DNA of 64,000 bases from an uncultured Candidatus Micrarchaeota archaeon (GCA_963714085.1 OY970229.1:480001-544000), one strand, 5' to 3'. Counted from the stretch's first letter, positions 1 to 9,790 are shown. Made by a program: numbers and translations. Notes: generated from the sequence alone by a model not told the origin.

Positions 1-645
1 GGCCGGCTCGAGCCCGAGCTCCTTCATGACCATCTCCTGTATCTCCATGCCCTTGGAACCGAAGGTCGCCATGGTTCCTGTGGCTCCGGACATCTTGCCC
101 ACGCCTATCCGCTTCTCCGCCTCTTTGAGCCGCTCGCCGTCGCGGAGCAGCTCCTGGTAATATATCGCGAATTTCATGCCATAGGTCGTCGGGACCGCGT
201 GCTGGCCGTGGGTCCTGCCGATGCACACCGTCCTCTTGTGCTTCTTCGCGAGCTCGCGGAGCACGCCTGAGAGGACCTCGAGCCTGGAATCCAGGACCTC
301 CAGCGCGTCCAGGAAGATCAGCGCCGTGGCCGTGTCCTCGATGTCGTAGCTGGTCGCGCCCAGGTGCACGTATCTGCCCGCGTCCCCGGACTGCTCGGAC
401 AGGGCCTTGACCATGGCCATGAGGTCGTGGTGTATCTCGGCCTCGATCTGCCTGACTCGCCCGGGCTCCACCTTCTTCGCGCCGTCCTCGATCTTCCTCA
501 CCGCGTCTTTGGGTATGGTGCCGAGCTGGGCATGGACCTTCGCCAGGCTGACTTCCACCTGCATCCATTTACGCAGCCTGTTGTCCTCCTCGAATATGTC
601 GTTCATCTCTGTCCTGTACCTGTCCTCGAATGGAGAAATAGCCAT
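1..645 (-). CDS. purB: Adenylosuccinate lyase (N-terminal part; runs off window start)
   Basis: Manual translation from ATG 645: MAISPFEDRY...HHDLMAMV...YVHLGATSYDIEDT...GRTHGQHAVPTTYGMKF...GKMSGATGT; not in the ORF track. Confidence 0.95.
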   Translation of the reverse strand, partial: MAISPFEDRYRTEMNDIFEEDNRLRKWMQVEVSLAKVHAQLGTIPKDAVRKIEDGAKKVEPGRVRQIEAEIHHDLMAMVKALSEQSGDAGRYVHLGATSYDIEDTATALIFLDALEVLDSRLEVLSGVLRELAKKHKRTVCIGRTHGQHAVPTTYGMKFAIYYQELLRDGERLKEAEKRIGVGKMSGATGTMATFGSKGMEIQEMVMKELGLEPA

Positions 646-774
646 CGTTTTCACCAAATAGAGGTTGTCAGGCAGTCCTTTAAAAACCTGGTCTTTCGCC
701 CCAAAAACGATAGCTTTAAATACATCAAAATCCATAATAAATAACAGACAAACATTCCTCCCAGAGGCAAAAAT

Positions 775-1602
775 ATGAAACAGAACACGAAATCAGGATT
801 CCTCGACCTGTTGAGCGCGGGTGACCCGGATACGGCAGCCACGGCGTTGCAGCTGATAGAGAGCGGCAACCTGAAGCCGGCCCAAATCAGCCTCATACTG
901 GAGGCGGCTGCCACCGGAGTGGCGAAGCTGGACGCGCCGAAGATCGAGACCAAAACAATCATGTCGAAGGCTATCGAGGCGGCACGGCACGTCATAGCGT
1001 ACGTATCCGGGGCAAAGGCCAAGGCAGAGACCTTCAAATCAATGACGAAAAGGATCGCATGGAGGATGCCTCCCGAAGCGGTCAGGCATTTCAAGTGGGA
1101 GCTCATAACCGCGCTCAACAACCCGGACAATGCTCATCCGGAGAGGCTCGAATCCCTCGCCGCCGGGGCCGCGGTGCTCATGGAGGAGCGCCTGCTGGCC
1201 AAAGACCACCTCCTGGACGTGGCAGAGACACTCGCCGAGGGACTGGGGAGGACCACGGACGAGACCAGGATAATCATCATGCATGAGCGCATCGGCTCTT
1301 CCTTGGACAGAAGGCTGCCGCACCACCACCAGAGGGTATACGAGGCGGTGTTCATGCTCACGCGCTACCCTGGCGATGTTATTTCAGATGTCGTGCTCCA
1401 GGCGTATATCAACAGAGCCAAACAGGGCGCAGTTGCGCTGGAACCGGTCGTGATCGAAAGGATGTATGCTATCAGGCCTCAGGCTAAGACCGGGCCTTTC
1501 TCTGACGGCGACAGCAAACTGCCGAACCCCATGAGGCCTCAGGCCGTGCATGCCACGAACCTCGCGAAGAAGCCTGCTGCCAACAGGCTGGGCGCGCAAT
1601 AG
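775..1602 (+). CDS. Hypothetical helical protein
   Basis: 275-aa ORF after an AT-rich promoter region; no family recognised. Confidence 0.7.
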   Translation: MKQNTKSGFLDLLSAGDPDTAATALQLIESGNLKPAQISLILEAAATGVAKLDAPKIETKTIMSKAIEAARHVIAYVSGAKAKAETFKSMTKRIAWRMPPEAVRHFKWELITALNNPDNAHPERLESLAAGAAVLMEERLLAKDHLLDVAETLAEGLGRTTDETRIIIMHERIGSSLDRRLPHHHQRVYEAVFMLTRYPGDVISDVVLQAYINRAKQGAVALEPVVIERMYAIRPQAKTGPFSDGDSKLPNPMRPQAVHATNLAKKPAANRLGAQ

Positions 1603-1655
1603 CGCGCTCCGCGATGAACTCTCATTTTTATAATCTTCCGAACAGAAAAAGCCCT

Positions 1656-2447
1656 ATGGCGAGAGCGAGGGTCATAAGGAAGCAGGACCGCTGCTTCATC
1701 GAATTGCCCAAGGAGTTCCTTTCAGTGGAGGAGATAGAGCTCTTCCCGCTCCGCGACGGGTATTATTTCCTCAGCATGCCCCTTGGACAGAGCCAGAAAC
1801 CCGGCTCTAGGCAGGCCGGAGCGACGGGCGAGGAGATCGCGGTGCTCCATAGGCTCCAGTCCATAAAGTTCGGCGACAGGACCCCGGATAACGTGTCCAA
1901 GGCCCTCAGCGGGCCTGAGAAGGAGGTCCTGAAAAGGCTCGAGGAGAAGGGCTGGGTGAACGTCTTCAGGGGCAACAAGTACAAGAACGGCGTCTACAAC
2001 ATAGCGGACGAGGTCTACCCGATGCTCAAGAGCCAGGACGCCCCGCACGCCCGGCCAGCCGCGGAGCAGAGGCCCGAGGCACCGCAGAAAGCGGCTCCGG
2101 CCCAGAGCCTTCCGCCCTCTTACGCGCTTCTCATGAAACAGGGCTACATGGTCATAAAGGACCAGAAGGACGCGAAGGCGCTCTCAGAGATGCTCAAAAG
2201 CGACATGAAGTCCGGCTCCGTGGTGGGCACCAAGGGCTTCGACGGCTCGTTCTACGTGGTGACAAGGGACTATTTCAGCAGCGCCTCCAAGGCCATCCTG
2301 GATTCCATCAGGGAGAAACCCGGCGACGTGGCAGCGATAGCGGAATCCTCCGGGCTCGATGCGGACGGCGCGCGGGCCGTGCTCCAGCATCTGGCCGAAT
2401 CCGGGGATGTCATAGAGAAGAGGAAGGGCACCTACGCCGCGGTGTAG
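1656..2447 (+). CDS. Hypothetical protein, probable DNA-binding (AbrB-like N-terminus, winged-helix-like segments)
   Basis: MARARVIRKQDRCFIELPKEF; C-terminal DVAAIAESSGLDADGARAVLQHLAESGDVIEKRKGTY is wHTH-like; start could be 1614. Confidence 0.6.
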   Translation: MARARVIRKQDRCFIELPKEFLSVEEIELFPLRDGYYFLSMPLGQSQKPGSRQAGATGEEIAVLHRLQSIKFGDRTPDNVSKALSGPEKEVLKRLEEKGWVNVFRGNKYKNGVYNIADEVYPMLKSQDAPHARPAAEQRPEAPQKAAPAQSLPPSYALLMKQGYMVIKDQKDAKALSEMLKSDMKSGSVVGTKGFDGSFYVVTRDYFSSASKAILDSIREKPGDVAAIAESSGLDADGARAVLQHLAESGDVIEKRKGTYAAV

Positions 2448-2451
2448 CGCC

Positions 2452-3561
2452 ATGATGATCAAGGACGAGATATACGGCATGATCGGATTCGACGATTTCG
2501 AGAGGCGCGTAATAGACACCCCCGACTTCCAGCGCCTTCGCCGCATAAAGCAGATGTCATTCACCAACCTGGTATATCCGGGCGCGAACCACACCCGGTT
2601 CGAGCACTCGCTCGGCACCGCGCACCTCTCAGCGCTGATAGCCGGGCGGCTCGGCCTGGACAAGGATGCGTGCGCGAAGGTGAAGCTCTACGGCCTGCTC
2701 CACGACGTCGGGCACACCGCCTTCAGCCATGAGGGCGAGGACGTGCTCGAGCCGCTCATAGGCGACCACGAGAAACTCGGCGAGGAGCGGATGAGATCAG
2801 GCCCTCTGGCGGACGTTTTGAAGGAGAACTACCGGCTGGAGGAGATAATCGGGCTCGGCAAACGGAAGGAGGGGCAGATAGTCGGCTCGGACATAGGCTC
2901 TGACCGGATGGACTACCTCAAGCGCGACGCGCTCAACACCGGCGTGGCCTACGGGGTCATAGACATGGACCGCATCGTCCACACGCTCGCCTTCGCCGGA
3001 GACGAGCTGTTGATAGAGGAGGGTGGGCTCGAGGCCGCAGAATCGCTTCTCATCGCGAGGTTCATGATGTTCTCCGCGGTCTACCTGCACCACACCGTGC
3101 GCATAGCCACCGCGATGCTGAACCGCGCGCTCTCGCTCTCGATAAAGGACGGCACGATTGGCGCCGAGGAGTTCCGCTCATTGACCGACGACGAGGCCGT
3201 GGCGTGCATGCTCCGCTCCGATGAAGCGAGGCCGCACATGGAGGGCATCCTGAGCAGGAACCTCTACAAGGAGGCGTTCTCCTTCCCGGCGAGCGGGAAG
3301 GCAAGAAAAGACGCGGAACGCGCAGCGGGGGAGCTCTCGGCCAGGCTCGGCTGCAAAGTGATCCTCGACTGGCCCCACCATTTCTCGAAATCAGTCGGGT
3401 TCAGGGTGAAGACCGGGTCCAGCCTCAGGCCGATAACCGAATTGTCCGGCCTCGTGCTCTCGCTCGAGAAGGCGGAGGAGGGCAGGATGAGGGCGCTCGT
3501 GCTGGTGCCGGCTGGGAGAAGGGACGACGCAGAGATGCTGGCGCCGGAACTGTTCGGCTGA
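2452..3561 (+). CDS. HD-domain phosphohydrolase (SAMHD1/dNTPase-like)
   Basis: IKDEIYG, FQRLRRIKQ, YPGANHTRFEHSLG, LLHDVGHTAFSH, DRMDYLKRD, VYLHH. Confidence 0.92.
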   Translation: MMIKDEIYGMIGFDDFERRVIDTPDFQRLRRIKQMSFTNLVYPGANHTRFEHSLGTAHLSALIAGRLGLDKDACAKVKLYGLLHDVGHTAFSHEGEDVLEPLIGDHEKLGEERMRSGPLADVLKENYRLEEIIGLGKRKEGQIVGSDIGSDRMDYLKRDALNTGVAYGVIDMDRIVHTLAFAGDELLIEEGGLEAAESLLIARFMMFSAVYLHHTVRIATAMLNRALSLSIKDGTIGAEEFRSLTDDEAVACMLRSDEARPHMEGILSRNLYKEAFSFPASGKARKDAERAAGELSARLGCKVILDWPHHFSKSVGFRVKTGSSLRPITELSGLVLSLEKAEEGRMRALVLVPAGRRDDAEMLAPELFG

Positions 3562-3564
3562 GCC

Positions 3565-3732
3565 TCACTTCAAGAAGATATCCGCTACTTTTACTACCAC
3601 AATCAGGATGAGCGCCGCGGCCACTATGGTCTTCGGCTCTATCTCTATGCCCGCGAGCTTCATGTCCGATGAGAAGCCCACTATGCCTGCGGACGACATC
3701 GGCATGGATACCTGTTCCTGTTTATAAGCCAT
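3565..3732 (-). CDS. Preprotein translocase subunit Sec61-beta
   Basis: Manual translation MAYKQEQVSMPMSSAGIVGFSSDMKLAGIEIEPKTIVAAALILIVVVKVADIFLK (SAG motif, P before a single C-terminal TM); 55 aa, below ORF-track cutoff. Confidence 0.85.
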   Translation of the reverse strand: MAYKQEQVSMPMSSAGIVGFSSDMKLAGIEIEPKTIVAAALILIVVVKVADIFLK

Positions 3733-3785
3733 GGATAGAAATAGACGCTATAGGTATTAAAAGGTTGTGCGGACTAGTATTATCC

Positions 3786-4517
3786 ATGGCCAGCATAGAA
3801 ATCCACAGGACGGAGGCGATCAAGCTCCACGAGCCCACAATCGTGCTCGGATTCCCCGGCACCGGGCTGGTCGGCTCGGTCGCCGCATCGCAGATCGTCG
3901 ACGCCCTCGACCTCAAGTTTTGCGGCTACATAACCTCGCCGGATTTCGCGCCGCTCGCCGCCATACACAACTACATACCGCTGCCCGCTGCGCGCATACA
4001 CTACTCCCAGAAGCACAACCTGGTCGTGATACTCTCCGAGATGTCCATACCGGTCGCCAACTCCATGGAGCTGGCGGACAAGATATTCGCGTTCGCCAAG
4101 TCGCTGCACGCGAAGTCCATAATCTCCATAGGCGGCATATCGCTCAAGGAGGAGGACAGCGCGGTCTACGTCGTATCCACGGACAAGGGAATGGTGAGGG
4201 ATATCATCGCGAGGAAGATCGCGAAACCGATACGCGAGGGCGCGACCACGGGGGTGACGGGCGTGCTGCTCGCAAAGGGCGTTCTTGAGAACTTCCCGGT
4301 GATGACGATACTGGCCGAGGCCGAGCAGGATTTCGTGGACCCGAGGGCCGCCTCCAAGGCGCTCAAGGTGCTCAGCGAGTTCATAAAGACCCCGATAGAC
4401 ACTACGGAGCTGGACAAGGAGCAGGCCGCGATAGTCAAGTCCGCCGGCGACAAGATGATAAAGTCGAAGATATCCAAGAAGGGCCCGATGGCGGGCGAGA
4501 GCGGAATGTACGGGTGA
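3786..4517 (+). CDS. Proteasome assembly chaperone family (PAC2/PbaA-like)
   Basis: VLGFPGTGLVGSVAA, IISIGG, TGVTGVLL, DPRAA; ATG 3786 chosen. Confidence 0.88.
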   Translation: MASIEIHRTEAIKLHEPTIVLGFPGTGLVGSVAASQIVDALDLKFCGYITSPDFAPLAAIHNYIPLPAARIHYSQKHNLVVILSEMSIPVANSMELADKIFAFAKSLHAKSIISIGGISLKEEDSAVYVVSTDKGMVRDIIARKIAKPIREGATTGVTGVLLAKGVLENFPVMTILAEAEQDFVDPRAASKALKVLSEFIKTPIDTTELDKEQAAIVKSAGDKMIKSKISKKGPMAGESGMYG

Positions 4518-4521
4518 TATA

Positions 4522-4830
4522 ATGGCCTGGCCGCCTCCGCCCGTAGAACCGCAGCCGCCCGTTCCCGGACTCTGCCAGAGTTGCGGCATGCCCATGACCA
4601 AGGAAGGCGACTTCGGCACCAACGCGGACGGCAGCAGGAACGCTGATTATTGCGCGCACTGCTTCAGCAAAGGCGCTTTCACGGAGCCCGGCATGACGCT
4701 GGAGCAGATGATAGAGCGCCTTGTGCAGTTCGCGCCCAAGATGAACATGCCGGAAAACAAGGTCCGCGCCATGGCGAAGAAGAACCTGCCCAATCTGAAA
4801 AGATGGCGCGCGTCTGCCGGGAAAAAATGA
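4522..4830 (+). CDS. Putative zinc-ribbon protein
   Basis: CQSCGMPM...GTNADGS...YCAHC...LPNLKRW. Confidence 0.85.
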   Translation: MAWPPPPVEPQPPVPGLCQSCGMPMTKEGDFGTNADGSRNADYCAHCFSKGAFTEPGMTLEQMIERLVQFAPKMNMPENKVRAMAKKNLPNLKRWRASAGKK

Positions 4831-4833
4831 GCT

Positions 4834-5718
4834 TCAGAACAACGACGCGGGCGTCAAATCCGCGCGGCTTCTGACGTATTTTGATTCCAATTTAGCTATT
4901 GAATCGTCCAGACCATCAGCCGGAAGGCCGAGCGCGACGACTGCGTCCTTGAGCTCGTGGAGGTGCTCGCCGTAATCCGGGGATATCGGCAGCATGACGA
5001 ACCTCACCAACGCGTTCTTCGCGAGCGCATCCGCGAGGCCGGGGAGCAGCTTATCCTTGTAGACCGTATTCGCGGCGTTTATGATCCCTGCCAGCTGCGG
5101 GCCTGGCATCGTCGCCTCCTGCTCTTTCCCTACGCAGCGCATGAAGAGCAGCATCTTCGGGTGGTTGAGCGGCACGGTGCCCATCGCCATCCCCCTTCCC
5201 AGGAATATCATCCTTCCGGTATCGTCCGGCTTGGAGACGTCCGGGTGCTGGGAGCGGCAGACGACATAAGTGGGCTTGGCTGCGGCGAGCGCTGCGGAAT
5301 AAAGCAGGAGGTGCATATCCCTCCTGTTGCCGCTGAAGACCTCGGAATGGAGCAGCACGAGGAGCGTGGAGGCCTCCTGCTTGACCACGCAGCCTTCGGC
5401 GGCCGCTGCGAGCGCGCCTGACCTGTCCTTCACGCATACCAGGAGATAACCGGGCAGGGCTGTGTCCTTCGACTTCAGCAGACGCAGGGCTTCTTTCTGG
5501 TCCTTGGAGCCAAGCGAGGGCTGGAAGACCGTGAGACCGGCCTCGTCCATGATGCTTTTCAGGCGCCGCGGGTTCTCCCACGAAGGAAGCAGCTCGAACG
5601 CTGGGACGAGCGGCGGGGCTGCTTCGGGCTGGGGCGTAATCTCCGGCGTTATCTCTTCTTGCGCCTTGGTCGGGCTCGGCTTCGTCTTTTCCGGCGCGCT
5701 GCTTTTCTTCCCTGCCAT
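4834..5718 (-). CDS. Hypothetical protein
   Basis: 294-aa ORF with host-like codon usage. Confidence 0.7.
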   Translation of the reverse strand: MAGKKSSAPEKTKPSPTKAQEEITPEITPQPEAAPPLVPAFELLPSWENPRRLKSIMDEAGLTVFQPSLGSKDQKEALRLLKSKDTALPGYLLVCVKDRSGALAAAAEGCVVKQEASTLLVLLHSEVFSGNRRDMHLLLYSAALAAAKPTYVVCRSQHPDVSKPDDTGRMIFLGRGMAMGTVPLNHPKMLLFMRCVGKEQEATMPGPQLAGIINAANTVYKDKLLPGLADALAKNALVRFVMLPISPDYGEHLHELKDAVVALGLPADGLDDSIAKLESKYVRSRADLTPASLF

Positions 5719-5800
5719 GGGACTGCATAATCAGATGAGATTTAAATAAACTTCTCCAATCCACGCTTTTGGATGGCATGAAAAACGGTTCCGGCAGGAT

Positions 5801-6991
5801 TCATGCCTTCCTGAAAAGGGACCCGAACATCGAGAGCAGCCCGGATTTTTCCGCGCTTTCCGCCTTGCGGTCCGGATTCCCGGAATCCAGAAACTCGATC
5901 AGGCGCGCGACGTCCTTCAGCTCTGCTTCGAGCTCCTTTTTCGAGTATTTGGCGAGCTCTTCCCTGCGTTTGGCGAGGCGCCTGCTTTTCTCGTACTCCT
6001 CTTCGTAAGCGCGCCTCTCCTTCCCCAGGCTCCTCAGGTCTTCGACTGTCTTTCTCTCGCTTTCGCCCATCGCGGAGTAGAAATCCAGCGTCCTCTCGTC
6101 CAGGCCGTCCACTGCCAGGAAGCCGGCCTGGGCGAAGGAGCGCACGGCCTCGAAAAACGCCGCATTGGAGGCGACGATCTTCCTGAACCTGGAGGTCTCG
6201 GGGCAGATGTGCGAGAGCTTCTTCTCGCTGTAGGTCAAGCACTCGCAGAGCTGGCCGACATCGTACCTGCCGAAGGACGGATAATCTGAGAAAAACTGCT
6301 TGAGCTGGGCCATCGCCTCGTTTTCCGGGAAGGACGGGCAGTGCTCTTTCAGGCCCTCCAGCTCACGGAGCAGCTCGGCCACCGGCTTCGAGAGCAGCGA
6401 ATGCAGGTACGCGTCCCTCGATCTCCTCAGCGAGTCCAGGCCTTTCTCGAGCTCGCCGTGCCTGCGGACCTTCTCCTGGTCGATGGTCTCGTTTTCGAGC
6501 TCCGAGATATCGGCCAGCAGCTTCTCAACCCGCAGCTGCTCCCTTCTGAGCGCCCTGCCGCTCTCCTTGAGGTCCTCTTCGGCTTTCTCATAGCTGTCGC
6601 TCAGCTTGATGATACCGTCGAAATACGCGAACTCCTCTTTAGCGGCCGGTATCTTGCCCTCCCGTGCGAGCCTTGCGATGGATGCGAGCCTCTTCCCGGT
6701 GGCCTCAGGCAGATTGCCCTTCTGGAACTCGCTCGCGGCCCACCTTTCGAAATAGACGGAGTCCTTGGACAGTTCCATGGCTCTCTTGGCCATCTTTATC
6801 CGCGTGCTCACTGCCGGGTTCCAGACGGTTTTTCCCTTCTCCTGCACGTCCTCTATCTCGGCTATGAGCAGTTTCAGCTGCTTGGAAAGCTTCACCGTAG
6901 CCGGGCGGTGGCTGGTTCCAATCGTTTCCACTCTCTTTGCCAGGTCCTTGTGCGTTTTTTTAAGCTCGCGTATTTCCTCTTCGCTGATCAT
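5801..6991 (-). CDS. Hypothetical coiled-coil protein
   Basis: 396 aa, E/K/L-rich heptads. Confidence 0.75.
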   Translation of the reverse strand: MISEEEIRELKKTHKDLAKRVETIGTSHRPATVKLSKQLKLLIAEIEDVQEKGKTVWNPAVSTRIKMAKRAMELSKDSVYFERWAASEFQKGNLPEATGKRLASIARLAREGKIPAAKEEFAYFDGIIKLSDSYEKAEEDLKESGRALRREQLRVEKLLADISELENETIDQEKVRRHGELEKGLDSLRRSRDAYLHSLLSKPVAELLRELEGLKEHCPSFPENEAMAQLKQFFSDYPSFGRYDVGQLCECLTYSEKKLSHICPETSRFRKIVASNAAFFEAVRSFAQAGFLAVDGLDERTLDFYSAMGESERKTVEDLRSLGKERRAYEEEYEKSRRLAKRREELAKYSKKELEAELKDVARLIEFLDSGNPDRKAESAEKSGLLSMFGSLFRKA

Positions 6992-7072
6992 CCGGTTCGC
7001 CCGCTCCCCTTAGCTTATTATGATTATTCAGGTATTTAAATTCGTTGCCGTTTGTGTGCAGGCGGCATTGAT

Positions 7073-7085
7073 TGCAGGAGGAAGG
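7073..7085. repeat. att-like core, copy of tRNA-Leu(TAA) 3' end
   Basis: tgcaggaggaagg identical to 18325-18337. Confidence 0.75.
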
Positions 7086-7191
7086 GCCTCAGAACAGCTC
7101 TGAAAGTGCAAGGTAAATTTTTCTATTTTTTTCAAACTTAGTTGCTTGTCCATTTATTAAATTGAAATCAAAAGCTAAAAATAGAAAAAAA

Positions 7192-7470
7192 CTAATCTTC
7201 CGGCATTATTGGGCTTCTCTCATCTGTAAGAGCGAAATATGACTGAAATTTAGCCCGGTATGAAATATATTTCAGGATCCAGCTATGGAGGGCCTTGTTC
7301 CGTTTCCCCGTTATCAAAATATGAAGGAACTGAAAGAGGCAAGTTAAGACACCAATAATAGCAAGTACGATAACGACTATTAGCGATGGTATCATCCATA
7401 AGATCCTTATAATCAGCTCCCACCTGCTTGCTTTTTCAGAGAAGGCCACATTGAATTTAACGTTTTTCAT
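7192..7470 (-). CDS. Small membrane protein, DUF4389-like
   Basis: EKASRWELIIRILWMIP...FLHILITGKRNKALHSW...YFALTDERSP; ATG 7470. Confidence 0.75.
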   Translation of the reverse strand: MKNVKFNVAFSEKASRWELIIRILWMIPSLIVVIVLAIIGVLTCLFQFLHILITGKRNKALHSWILKYISYRAKFQSYFALTDERSPIMPED

Positions 7471-7535
7471 AATCCAAATTAGCAAGTATAAATTTAAATG
7501 ACTCTCGATAACAAATTTTAACGCTGAAATGGGTG

Positions 7536-7607
7536 GCCCTCGTAGTCTAGCCTGGATAGGACGCAACCCTCCGGAGATTGATTGAGGTTTAAATACCCGA
7601 CAAAGCA
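7536..7607 (+). pseudogene. Degenerate tRNA-Arg(CCG)
   Basis: Intact 5' half GCCCTCG-TA-GTCT..GGAC-G-CAACC-CT-CCG-GA; decayed 3' half (GGTTTAAATACCCGACAAAGC) cannot close the acceptor or T stems. Confidence 0.65.
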
Positions 7608-7751
7608 CCCTTTTTAACCTCTGGCCCTCAGACGCTCATTTGGTCGGACGGACACCACTGGTCTGAACTCAGACCAGATCTGAAAGCGCTAGGGCAGGAC
7701 TTCAGATCAGATATGAGTTCCTAAAAAGGCAGGAACTAAGAGTAGATTAAA

Positions 7752-7913
7752 ATGCAGGAGGAAGATGCCGAGACCAGGGCTCGGAACAGAACATTTCCAG
7801 TCCCGAACGATTGGCTCGGTTTCCATGCCTGCACTATCATTTTGGTTCAAGTCAAACCCTGTTTTGACCTCCTAACCGAGGGCTCTTCTGCGGAGAGAAC
7901 TATTTAAAGCTAG
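7752..7913. repeat. att core plus conserved left end of cassette A
   Basis: atgcaggaggaagatgccgagaccag...gttttgacctcctaaccga.ggct.ttctg.ggagagaactat.taaagctag, shared with 9622-9790. Confidence 0.85.
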
Positions 7914-7920
7914 CTCTGAG

Positions 7921-9078
7921 TTATTTTCCATTGCCGTTCAATTCAACCATATCCTCGTCATGAACCGGTCGGAACCACTTTTGCGCTATGAATGTCGGAA
8001 TCACTGCGCTGGTTATGACTACGGCGATAAGGACCGAGAACTGGATCTGATTGACATAACCTGCCTGATAGCCGAAAACGCTGGCAATCGTGCCGAAGGT
8101 CAACCCCGTGCTCATAAGCAGCGTCGTGTACATGCCACCTTCGGGGATGTATTTCTTGGCAAGGAAGTACACGCCTAGGAATTTCGTGATTTGTTTTAGC
8201 AGGAAGAGCGTGACAAACAAGCCGAATGCCGCAACGACCAAGGGAACAGACACCTTCATACCGTCGGTTATGAAGAAGAACGGCGTGATGAGGGCGTATG
8301 CCACGGTTCTGAGCCGATTCCTTACCGCCAGCGTTTCGGGGCTTTCCGTGAAATGCTTCGACATGGCAAGACCTAGTACGAAGGCAGGCAGGACGGCCTG
8401 GCTATCCCCTATCGCCGCGAAATAGCTGAAAATCAGTAAAAGGACAAAGATGTACTTGATTTCCGGCTCTATCACCTTGCCTTTGAGAAGAGGGTTATCG
8501 AAGACCAGATGGGAAAATTTCGTCGCGATCCATATAACTACTATTGAAACGGCGAGGAAAACCCAGGTGTAGAAGGAAGGCTTGATGAAAAGGATGGTGA
8601 GGGCTAGGACCGTGCAAATATCGGTTACAAACGTGGCAGCCATGATGAGTTTCCCCAGCTTCGTTTTCGTCAGGCCTGTCTCGACCAGCACCGAATACAC
8701 GACAGCCAGGGAGGTCGTAGACAGCGCGGCACCCGCGATGAGGGAGGCGTTCAGCGTCCAGCCAGCCATGTAATATGTGTACAGAAACGCGCCCAAGAAG
8801 GGCACGAGAAACGAAGCACAGCCTATCAGCATGCTCTCCTTGAATTTCTCCCGCATCAGGTCGACATCTACTTCGGCGCCTGCGAGGAACGTTAGTAAGA
8901 TGCTGGCGAATCCCGCAAGATAAGTCATCCACGGCTGGGCTTCGATGCCGAGATAGTTGCCTGCGATTACACCTAGGAGAATCTCGATGATGGCAACTGA
9001 AAGCCCAAGTCGAAGAGAGATGAGGCTAGCCAAAAATATCAGCATACCTGCTGCTAAAGGAATCAAAGTCGCATCCAT
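7921..9078 (-). CDS. Cation:proton antiporter (Na+/H+ exchanger family), fluoride-riboswitch associated
   Basis: Multi-TM; FLAGAEVD, ALSTTSLAVV, AATFVTD, TLLMSTGLTFG; ATG 9078 after SD AAGGTG. Confidence 0.9.
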   Translation of the reverse strand: MDATLIPLAAGMLIFLASLISLRLGLSVAIIEILLGVIAGNYLGIEAQPWMTYLAGFASILLTFLAGAEVDVDLMREKFKESMLIGCASFLVPFLGAFLYTYYMAGWTLNASLIAGAALSTTSLAVVYSVLVETGLTKTKLGKLIMAATFVTDICTVLALTILFIKPSFYTWVFLAVSIVVIWIATKFSHLVFDNPLLKGKVIEPEIKYIFVLLLIFSYFAAIGDSQAVLPAFVLGLAMSKHFTESPETLAVRNRLRTVAYALITPFFFITDGMKVSVPLVVAAFGLFVTLFLLKQITKFLGVYFLAKKYIPEGGMYTTLLMSTGLTFGTIASVFGYQAGYVNQIQFSVLIAVVITSAVIPTFIAQKWFRPVHDEDMVELNGNGK

Positions 9079-9102
9079 GGAGAACACCTTTCAACACGGA
9101 TG

Positions 9103-9261
9103 CTAAAACGATTTCAGGAATCCGTCTTTCCCCAATCTGAATTTATGCTCCGGGTTCTTGGGGCAAACGAATACATCGTCCTTCTTGGACAACTGATAGT
9201 TCATGCTGGAATTCATGCGGCATGTCGGACATACCATCGTATACTCACCTGTCATGGGCAT
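9103..9261 (-). CDS. Small putative zinc-finger protein
   Basis: MPMTGEYTMVCPTCRMNSSMNYQLSKKDDVFVCPKNPEHKFRLGKDGFLKSF (CxxC...CxxxxxH); SD GAGGT; start 9261 or 9255. Confidence 0.7.
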   Translation of the reverse strand: MPMTGEYTMVCPTCRMNSSMNYQLSKKDDVFVCPKNPEHKFRLGKDGFLKSF

Positions 9262-9275
9262 CTACCTCTTGAAAA

Positions 9276-9334
9276 GTAGAAGCTATCAGCCCGTTTGGGC
9301 GGTTTGGCTTTTGCCAGGTGAGCTTCATCGCCTA
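9276..9334 (-). promoter_or_regulatory. Fluoride (crcB) riboswitch
   Basis: Minus strand GGCGATGAAGCTCACC-TGGCAAAAGCCA-AACCGCCCAAACGGGC-TGATAGCTTCTAC matches the crcB consensus, including pseudoknot GAAGC/GCTTC. Confidence 0.88.
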
Positions 9335-9459
9335 TCAAAGATTACACAAATAATCTTTAATAGCATTTTGGTTTGATTGGTTTGGATTCCTGCAGTCCCG
9401 AGATTCGTATGGAGTACTACCCAAGAGTCCTGAGACCTGGTCTCTGAACATAAACATAA

Positions 9460-9634
9460 AGATTGGAACCTCGGTTCGAATCTCCAAAACCGCATTTTGT
9501 GTCTTCAGCTACCATAAAATCGTCGAAGAATGCCATTAGGGAACTGAAGAAAATAAAGCAGCAAAACAGAATGGAACCATTGGTTCGGTTCTTTTTCCTG
9601 CGGATTCGAACTAAAATGATGATGCAGGAGGAAG
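9460..9634. repeat. Conserved right end of cassette A plus att core
   Basis: agattggaacctcggttcgaatct...gtcgaagaatg...gaaaataa..cagca...tggaaccattggttcgg.tcttttt..tgc aligns by eye with ~18163-18336. Confidence 0.8.
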
Positions 9635-9790
9635 ATGCCGAGACCAGAACTCGGAGCAGAGCCTTCTCTGCCCCGTCCGTTTGGTTCGAGTCTTCCTTCT
9701 CCAATAACATTTTGGTCCAGGTCAGAACAAACCTCTTGTTTTGACCTCCTAACCGAAGGCTGTTCTGAGGAGAGAACTATATAAAGCTAG
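9622..9790. repeat. att core plus conserved left end of cassette B
   Basis: Homologous to 7752-7913. Confidence 0.85.

Noticed and set aside
9417..9744. ORFs 9417-9710 (-) and 9463-9744 (+)
   Set aside because: They span the non-coding cassette junction and show no protein-like features.
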